Source: Acidimicrobiaceae bacterium (lineage in GTDB: Bacteria > Actinomycetota > Acidimicrobiia > Acidimicrobiales > RAAP-2). From it: a DNA stretch of 64,000 nucleotides. Below the pieces are notes generated by a model. The model did not search any database and was not told where the DNA came from. It was given only the letters and a program-made list of their open reading frames with translations. The position numbers and the translations under genes are program-made. The stretch covers positions 5,146 through 69,145 of the forward strand of contig PKYK01000033.1 of NCBI GenBank assembly GCA_003133665.1, read 5' to 3'. Positions 57,528-64,000 of the stretch are shown one piece after another. Positions within the stretch are counted from its first letter, which is position 1, and each line of letters opens with the position of its first letter.

Positions 57528-59149
57528 TGAATCTCCGTGACGCTGTCGGCCCTGGCCGGGAGAAAGGCCGCCACGACCAACGCAGCGATGCCGGCGATGA
57601 CCGCGCCCACCGAGACGGCAAAGACCATGCCGTCGATGAACGACTGGCGGGCCGATTGCGTCAACTGAACGGCCAGTGGTCCGCCCAGTCGACCGGCCAC
57701 CTCGAGGGCTCCACCGAGCGAGCCAATGGTGGCCTTGGCGACCGTTCCGGAAATCGAGAGGTGCCCGAGCAGGGTCGTCATGTCAGTCTGATAGCGAGTG
57801 TTCAGCAAACTGCCGAGCACGGCGACACCAAGAGCGCTGCCTATCTGCAATGCCGTGCTGTTGGTCGCCGAACCAACGCCCGCCAGGTCCACCGGAACCG
57901 AGCCCATCACCGACTCGGTGCAGGGTGCGACGGCGAGTCCCGAGCCGATGCCCATCAGGAGGAACGCCGGAAGCACGTCGGAGTACGTGGTGTGGATCGT
58001 GACGGCCGAAAGCATGGCGAGGCCGATGGCGATCAGGACCATGCCGGCGAATACGACGAGTTTCGTGCCGAAGAAACGAGCCACGCTGTTGGAAAGCGAC
58101 GCCACCACCAGCAACACGACGGCGATTGGAGCAATGCGAATCCCGGTCTGCAGCGCGCTGTAACCCAGGCAGAACTGCAGATACTGGGTGAGCAGGAACA
58201 GCCCGCCCGAGAGGGCGAAGATAGTGAGCCCGAGCCCCGCCATCGCGATCGAGAACCGTCGCGACCTGAAGAATGACATCTCGAGCAGTGGATGGCTCGT
58301 TCGCCGTTCCCACGCACCGAGGCCACCGATGATGACGACCGCTCCGGCAATGGCTCCGAGGATGATCGGCGAGCCCCATCCCCGGGTGGGCGCCTCGATG
58401 ATGCCCCACAACAGCAGCGCGATCCCCAGCAACGAGCATCCGGCACCGATTGGATCGGGGCGCTTGGCGGCGGGGTTCTTCGAGTCCGGAACAATCACCA
58501 CGGCGGCCACGCACGTGACGACCGCGATCGGCACGTTGATCAGGAACACCGATCCCCACCAGTAGTGCGACAGGAGCCACCCGCCGACGACCGGGCCAAT
58601 GGCGAGTCCGAGGCCGTTCGTACCCGACCACAGTCCAATGGCGCGGGCGCGGTCCCTGGGTTCGGCGAAGACGTTGGTGAGTATTGACAGCGTGGAGGGC
58701 AAGACCGCCGCCGCGCCGATGCCCATGAAGGCCCGGGCCACGATCAGCTGGTCCGGTGTCGCGGCGAACGCCGACGTCGCTGATCCGACCGCGAAGACGA
58801 CGAGTCCGCCGATGAAGACCCACTTTCGTCCGACGTGGTCGCCCAGGGAACCGAAGATGAGCAAGAGTCCCGCGAGGACAATGACGTAGGCGTCGACGAT
58901 CCACTGCAACTGGCTCGACGTGGCGTGCAGACTCGCAACAATTGACGGCAGCGCCACGTTGAGGATCGTTCCGTCGAGGTTCATGATGAGAACCGTCAGG
59001 CAGAGCACGCTCAGAATGGCCCAGCGCGGTTGTTGCGCTCTATAGACGGGCATGCTTCGATCCAAGGTCAGAAACCCCGACATTTTCCCGTCCGCCGTGT
59101 ACTTGCCCGTCACGCCGCTATCCCAGCCAGATGCATCTGTACTCCGCAC
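57524..59149 (-). CDS. MFS transporter, DHA2 (EmrB/QacA) family
   Basis: LDGTILNVALP, WIVDAY, GDHVGRK and FLINVP motifs; many TM segments. Confidence 0.93.
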   Translation of the reverse strand: MRSTDASGWDSGVTGKYTADGKMSGFLTLDRSMPVYRAQQPRWAILSVLCLTVLIMNLDGTILNVALPSIVASLHATSSQLQWIVDAYVIVLAGLLLIFGSLGDHVGRKWVFIGGLVVFAVGSATSAFAATPDQLIVARAFMGIGAAAVLPSTLSILTNVFAEPRDRARAIGLWSGTNGLGLAIGPVVGGWLLSHYWWGSVFLINVPIAVVTCVAAVVIVPDSKNPAAKRPDPIGAGCSLLGIALLLWGIIEAPTRGWGSPIILGAIAGAVVIIGGLGAWERRTSHPLLEMSFFRSRRFSIAMAGLGLTIFALSGGLFLLTQYLQFCLGYSALQTGIRIAPIAVVLLVVASLSNSVARFFGTKLVVFAGMVLIAIGLAMLSAVTIHTTYSDVLPAFLLMGIGSGLAVAPCTESVMGSVPVDLAGVGSATNSTALQIGSALGVAVLGSLLNTRYQTDMTTLLGHLSISGTVAKATIGSLGGALEVAGRLGGPLAVQLTQSARQSFIDGMVFAVSVGAVIAGIAALVVAAFLPARADSVTEIQ

Positions 59150-59438
59150 CCAATGACGGGTCCCCCGAGCGATCCATCCAGGCTCCTCAAACGGCGGCCG
59201 GTGTTCAGCCGGTTCACCTTCTTTTCCGCAGGGTAATCCGCCTCTCGGCGACGCAATTAGGGGATTAAGTCCCTTCTCAAGTCGAACCGGGGACTGAACC
59301 AGATCTCAACGCCCACGAGTGCATGGTGTCGGATCAAATGGCCTCGCGCCCTGGTCCGGCTGACATCGCAGCATTGACCGCGTGGCGTTGGCAGCGCTCG
59401 CAGCATCAGCTGCGTGGCGTGACGAATCCAACTACCGA

Positions 59439-59635
59439 TCACTGGTCCCACGCTGCGATCGTCTCCGCTGGAATGTCGTGCCTGAGCTACACCGAGATCT
59501 GGCCAACGCCGAGTCGTCGAGATCGACCGGCCGCCCTTGATGTCGCTCGCCCAGACCCAAGCGGCCGAACCGATCGATGATCTCGTCGGGAACGAACTCC
59601 GCGTCGGGATAGCCGACCTTCCCGTGATCCGTCAC
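59439..59635 (-). pseudogene. Remnant of the C-terminus of an LLM-class F420-dependent oxidoreductase
   Basis: DHGKVGYPDAEFVPDEIIDRF, then after a frameshift LGVGQISV*LRHDIPAETIAAW; resembles the TIGR03842-type C-terminus as recalled. Confidence 0.6.
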
Positions 59636-62205
59636 CCATGATTTGCCTCTTTCTCACCGGTGACGTTGTCAGGGGCTCCTCCTTCGGTGGCCGTCGAAGA
59701 CGGACCTGCCCCTTCTTTGGGAATCTCATCTGCTGGCGTCCTTGGAAATTCGATGGCCACGGTGAGACCTCCGCCGGGCGTGTCCTCCAGACGCAGGTGC
59801 CCTCCCAGGAGCTGAATCAGTCCCGACGCAACCGAGAGACCCAGACCGACCCCCGATTGCTCGTCATCAATGCGGTGAAACGGAGTGAAGATGGTTGTTC
59901 GCAGGGCCAGCGGGATTCCGGGGCCACGGTCGATCACCAGAAGTTCCACGTAGTCGCCGGCGACTCCCGACGTGATCCGCACTGACCGATCAATCGGACT
60001 GAATCGACAAGCATTGCCCACCACGTTGGCGATGACTCGTTCCGCGAGATCCGGATCGGTGAACGGCATCGGAAGATCATCCGGCAGGTCGATGTCCAAC
60101 GTCCTTCCACCCTTGTCAATGGTCGTCAAAGCGTCGGCGAGAAGCTGCGCAACGGTGACACTGGTTGAGCGCGGAACCACCACCCCGGCTTCGAGACGGC
60201 CAACCTCGTTCAAACTCTCTACGAGTCGGGTCAAGCGCTGGGCTTCGCGCTCGATCGAGACCAAGTCCTGGCGCTGCTTATCTGTCGACCACTTTGCCTC
60301 ATCATGCAAGAGTGACGACACCTTCATCTCGATGTCCGCCAGAGGATTGCGGAGATCGTGAGAAACGACGCGAAGCAGATCGGTCCGCAGTGCCTCCATC
60401 TCGGCAATCGCTCGCAGCTGCGCCGCATCTTGAGCAATGCTCTGCGAGCGAAGTGCGGCGGCTATTCGCGCGGCGAACGCGCCCACCAATTGCCGATCTT
60501 GGGTATCGAGTGACGCACCCTGCAGGAGAAGAGCGTGGTCCACATCGATCACAAAGCGAGCACCCAACCCGATATCCTCGACTGGTTCTCCACTGACGAG
60601 ATCGAGAGTCCAGTGGTCGGCCCGCCGAACGAGGGTCGCCACGCTCGTCGCCGCAAACACCGCTCGCAGTGAATCAAGCAGGGGAAGCAGGTCTTCGTTC
60701 GTGATGGCGGCAGTGGCGGCCGCGTTGGTGAGGATTTCGGCTTCGGCACGGGCCCAGTCCGCTTCGATCGTGCCCCTTCTGATTTCGCTCACCAGGACGC
60801 TCGCCCCACTGGCAAAGAGCACAAACGCCACCAGAGCCACCACATCGTCAGGCCTCGCAACTTGCAGGGTATGCAGGGGCCGAACAAAATAGTAATTCTC
60901 CAGCCCAGACGCCATGAGCGCCACAGTGATGCCGACGAACGCCCCACTCCAAGTCGTGAGGGCCAATACCACCACCAGGTACGCCAAGAAGACAGTCGAC
61001 AGCGATATGTTCGAGCGAGCGCTGGTCATCAGCACCGTCAACAACGGCAGGACCACTGCCGCGATACCAAGCCCCAAGGCCTGACGTCCACGGGTGAACT
61101 GCTTCTTCTGTCGGCGTTGGCGCACGCGGGCCGGTCGTTCGCCACCAACCGCAATGATGTGCACGTCAAGGTCTCGGGCGTGACGGAGCACGTTCTCCAC
61201 CACGCCGCTTCGTCGGCGAAAAACGGACCGCTCCCGACTCGCCCCCAGCACGATCTGCGTGCCGCGCTCCGAACGCGCAACCGCCACCAAGGCCGTCGCG
61301 ATATTGTCGTCGACGATCTCTTGAAACGTGCCATCGAACTCATCCACTAAAGCCCGGGCTGTCGAGGTGTCAGTGCCGCTGGGTCGAACTCCATCAGCGC
61401 TCACGACATGAACGGCAACCAATTTCGCACCAGTGCGTGAAGCAATCCGTGCGGCACGGTGCAGAAGTGCCTCGTCGACTGGCGTGCCAGTGACTCCAAC
61501 GATGAGCCGTTCTCGGGTTTCCCACGCTTCACTGATCTCGTGATCATCCAGGTAGCGTTGGAGGGCATCCTCCACCCGATCGGCCAGCCACAGCAGTGCG
61601 AGTTCTCGCAATGCGCTGAGGTTGCCCACGCGGAAATAATTCGAAAGCGATGTATCAATCTTGTCCGCGACGTAGATATTGCCGTGCGCCATGCGTCGCC
61701 GCAGCGCCTCGGGCGTGATGTCGACCAGTTCGATTTGCTCGGAGCGGCGCACCACTGCATCGGGAATCGTCTCCTGCTGGGTGATGCCCGTGATCTTCTC
61801 CACGACGTCATTCACCGATTCCAGATGCTGAATGTTGACCGTGGTGATGACGTCAATACCGGCAGCCAGCAGATCCTCGACGTCTTGCCAGCGCTTCTCG
61901 TGCAGGCCACCTGGCGCATTGGTGTGCGCGAACTCATCGACGAGCGCCACCTGCGGATTTCGCAAAAGGACCGCCGCCAGGTCCATCTCCTCGAATCGGG
62001 CACCTCGATAGTCGCGAGTTATTCGGGGAACGACTTCCAGGTCGCGCTGCTGCGCCTGGGTGAGCGGACGATCATGGGTTTCCACGTACCCAATGACGAC
62101 GTCGGTGCCACGTTGACGACGACGCCAACCCTCGTCCAGCATTCGATAGGTCTTGCCGACGCCGGGGGCCGAGCCCAGGTACACCCGCAGTACGCCCCGC
62201 TTCAT
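59632..62205 (-). CDS. kdpD: K+-sensing histidine kinase
   Basis: YLGSAPGVGKT, LVDEFAHTN, KRWQDV, USP domain, DUF4118 TMs, SHDLRNPL, DRGPG and GLGL. Confidence 0.93.
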   Translation of the reverse strand: MKRGVLRVYLGSAPGVGKTYRMLDEGWRRRQRGTDVVIGYVETHDRPLTQAQQRDLEVVPRITRDYRGARFEEMDLAAVLLRNPQVALVDEFAHTNAPGGLHEKRWQDVEDLLAAGIDVITTVNIQHLESVNDVVEKITGITQQETIPDAVVRRSEQIELVDITPEALRRRMAHGNIYVADKIDTSLSNYFRVGNLSALRELALLWLADRVEDALQRYLDDHEISEAWETRERLIVGVTGTPVDEALLHRAARIASRTGAKLVAVHVVSADGVRPSGTDTSTARALVDEFDGTFQEIVDDNIATALVAVARSERGTQIVLGASRERSVFRRRSGVVENVLRHARDLDVHIIAVGGERPARVRQRRQKKQFTRGRQALGLGIAAVVLPLLTVLMTSARSNISLSTVFLAYLVVVLALTTWSGAFVGITVALMASGLENYYFVRPLHTLQVARPDDVVALVAFVLFASGASVLVSEIRRGTIEADWARAEAEILTNAAATAAITNEDLLPLLDSLRAVFAATSVATLVRRADHWTLDLVSGEPVEDIGLGARFVIDVDHALLLQGASLDTQDRQLVGAFAARIAAALRSQSIAQDAAQLRAIAEMEALRTDLLRVVSHDLRNPLADIEMKVSSLLHDEAKWSTDKQRQDLVSIEREAQRLTRLVESLNEVGRLEAGVVVPRSTSVTVAQLLADALTTIDKGGRTLDIDLPDDLPMPFTDPDLAERVIANVVGNACRFSPIDRSVRITSGVAGDYVELLVIDRGPGIPLALRTTIFTPFHRIDDEQSGVGLGLSVASGLIQLLGGHLRLEDTPGGGLTVAIEFPRTPADEIPKEGAGPSSTATEGGAPDNVTGEKEANHG

Positions 62206-62342
62206 TGACCTAGTATCGTCCACTCTTCGCACAGCGCTTGGCCATGACACGGCCGTTGCGATCGCCGGGCCATGCGCCAGGCGAGAGATCCTGCGAGACC
62301 GTCAACCCGAGCAGCCGCATGGCAGGGATCGCAACACATCGG

Positions 62343-63098
62343 CTAACCCGCCTGGATTGCTTGAGGCTGACCACTCCGTGAAGCTCCAACGATGTCCGCC
62401 AGCAACACCGCGACGATCCTTCGCTGCACTGACACCGGCAGACCCGGCGTTGGAGTGAGCACGAAACGGCCCGTGACCCGACCCCTCCACTGGACCACGA
62501 TCTCGGCCTCAGGTCCCGGAATGCCGATCTCGCGGACCGGCCAGCGGAGTCCAACGTGCACCACTTCCCCGTTCGATCTAATCCGGGCCAACGGAAGCCC
62601 GGAAATGACCGTCTCGAACCGACACGCGCGTAGATCGAGCAGATTCGTGAGCAAGGCCGATGCGCGCTCGTGGACCTCCGGTTCCGGCCCCGGTCCCGAG
62701 GCCAGATCGGCCAGCTCGCGGATCATTGTCACGTAGTCGGACTCTTCACTCGCAGTTCGCAGATGGTAGCGACTTCGAGCGGCCAATTCGGTCACCGCAA
62801 TGCCCACTATCAGAATGCAAATCGTTGTTTCAATGTCGGGTCGATGACTAATCGCCAGGCGCTCATAGGGTGCCGTCAGGAAGAAGTCGAACCATAACGC
62901 AGCCGACATGCTCGCAATGATTCCGGCAAATCGATTGCCGACAACGGCGACGGCGACGACGAGCGCCACCAGCACCAGTGCGGCGGCCGTGTTGACGAAC
63001 GAGCCGCGAAACGGTGCCAGCACCGCCGCGAGTCCCAGCGGCGCGACGAATGCCGCGAGGATCGCGAGTTGATTCCGATGATCTCTGATGTGCCCCAT
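62343..63098 (-). CDS. DUF4118 domain membrane protein
   Basis: NTAAALVLV..WFDFFLTAPY resembles the KdpD TM domain; followed by a GAF-like soluble part. Confidence 0.82.
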   Translation of the reverse strand: MGHIRDHRNQLAILAAFVAPLGLAAVLAPFRGSFVNTAAALVLVALVVAVAVVGNRFAGIIASMSAALWFDFFLTAPYERLAISHRPDIETTICILIVGIAVTELAARSRYHLRTASEESDYVTMIRELADLASGPGPEPEVHERASALLTNLLDLRACRFETVISGLPLARIRSNGEVVHVGLRWPVREIGIPGPEAEIVVQWRGRVTGRFVLTPTPGLPVSVQRRIVAVLLADIVGASRSGQPQAIQAG

Positions 63099-63168
63099 TG
63101 CGGTCTCCGTTTATCGTCCAAACCCAAAGCAATCGGACGAAGAGTCAACATGTCCGGTCATTGGTGAC

Positions 63169-63771
63169 CTAGCCCAGTCGCGCGAGCGCCTGATTCAACT
63201 GCAGCACATTGATGTAGCTACTACCGAGAAACCCCCACTGTGCCCCATTGGTCTCGCGCGCAATAAGCGTCCGAAGTCGCTCCGGTGAAATGCCGGTGGC
63301 CTTGGAAACCATGGGTATCTGCACGACCGCGTCCTGCGGTGAGATATCGGGGTCGTAGCCGCTGCCCGACGTGGTCACGAGGTCCGGCGTCGGGTTGACT
63401 CCCAGGCTGTGCCAATAGGCAACCAACTGCTTCGTGTCGGCCAGCAAGACCTTGGACCTTGGTCCCAGGCTCGTCGCACCGGACTCACCATTGAAACCAT
63501 TGGCCACCAAGGGGTTGTCACCGCCGGATCGATTTGCCTTCGTGTTGGCCGCATAAGGGCCAGTGTCATCGGGGCGACCATGGAACCACTTCGGACTTGA
63601 CCAGTTCTGGCCAATCAGCGTTGAGCCGTTCGCCGTTAGTGAGCCGTTGGCCTGATTCTTGAACAACAGTTGGGCCACACCGGTGCCCGCAAAGGCGTAC
63701 ACGAATCCAAAGAGTACGAGGCAGATTACTGCCATGACCAGGGAGCGACGGAGATGTAGGAGCATATGCAA
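63169..63771 (-). CDS. kdpC: K+-transporting ATPase subunit C
   Basis: QANGSL, LIGQ, FHGRP, DLVTTSGSG.DP.IS and INVLQLN motifs. Confidence 0.95.
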   Translation of the reverse strand: MHMLLHLRRSLVMAVICLVLFGFVYAFAGTGVAQLLFKNQANGSLTANGSTLIGQNWSSPKWFHGRPDDTGPYAANTKANRSGGDNPLVANGFNGESGATSLGPRSKVLLADTKQLVAYWHSLGVNPTPDLVTTSGSGYDPDISPQDAVVQIPMVSKATGISPERLRTLIARETNGAQWGFLGSSYINVLQLNQALARLG

Positions 63772-63778
63772 ACTCTCT

Positions 63779-64000
63779 TTAGTAGGCGTGAAGCGCGACG
63801 AGCAGGAGATCGATCAGCTTGATGAACACGAAGGGGACGATGATGCCGCCCACGCCGTATATCCAGACGTTCCGACGAAGAATTGCGGCCGAACCGGACG
63901 CGCGGAACTTCACTCCTCGCAGGGCCAGCGGAATGAGGGCCACAATCACGAGAGCATTGAAGATGACCGCCGACAACACTGCGCTCTGGGGACTGTGCAG
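63779..64000 (-). CDS. kdpB: K+-transporting ATPase subunit B, 3' end (partial)
   Basis: [39 protein letters not shown]. Confidence 0.95.
   Translation of the reverse strand: MHSPQSAVLSAVIFNALVIVALIPLALRGVKFRASGSAAILRRNVWIYGVGGIIVPFVFIKLIDLLLVALHAY

Noticed and set aside
1-64000. CRISPR arrays, IS transposases, integrases, prophage genes, rRNA
   Set aside because: No repeat-spacer arrays or recognisable motifs were found by eye; short or degenerate elements could have been missed.

Overview
High-GC actinobacterial chromosome segment. Gene content suggests Acidimicrobiia (inference). It contains the PIM cluster, MshC, F420 reductase, a 6C RNA, a Gram-positive-type LexA box and many apparently leaderless genes. 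1-13 kb: the conserved thrS-HIT-pgsA-patA-pimA-pdxST-yebC-ruvC block, plus mshC, npdG, fabI and an ABC exporter. 13-33 kb: mixed genes (desaturase, amidase, orphan HTH protein next to tRNA-Val, murT/gatD, LysR divergent from a 6C RNA, alkA, peptidases, divergent trpG/trpE). 33-42 kb: a B12 mutase pair with isobutyryl-CoA-mutase residues and a nickel-less hydrogenase-related (Ehr) membrane complex. 42-64 kb: amidase with a small partner, nitrilase, nnr, ars cluster, a three-gene 2-oxoacid oxidoreductase, a Cys-rich nitronate-monooxygenase-family flavoprotein, ctaA, an MFS pump and a kdp operon that ends in a pseudogene remnant where kdpE would be. No CRISPR array, integrase or transposase was seen. 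Best leads: an unassigned multi-stem RNA-like element at about 17.22-17.38 kb, the LysR/6C RNA divergon, and the Ehr module. All calls rest on motif recognition by eye; no searches or folding programs were run.
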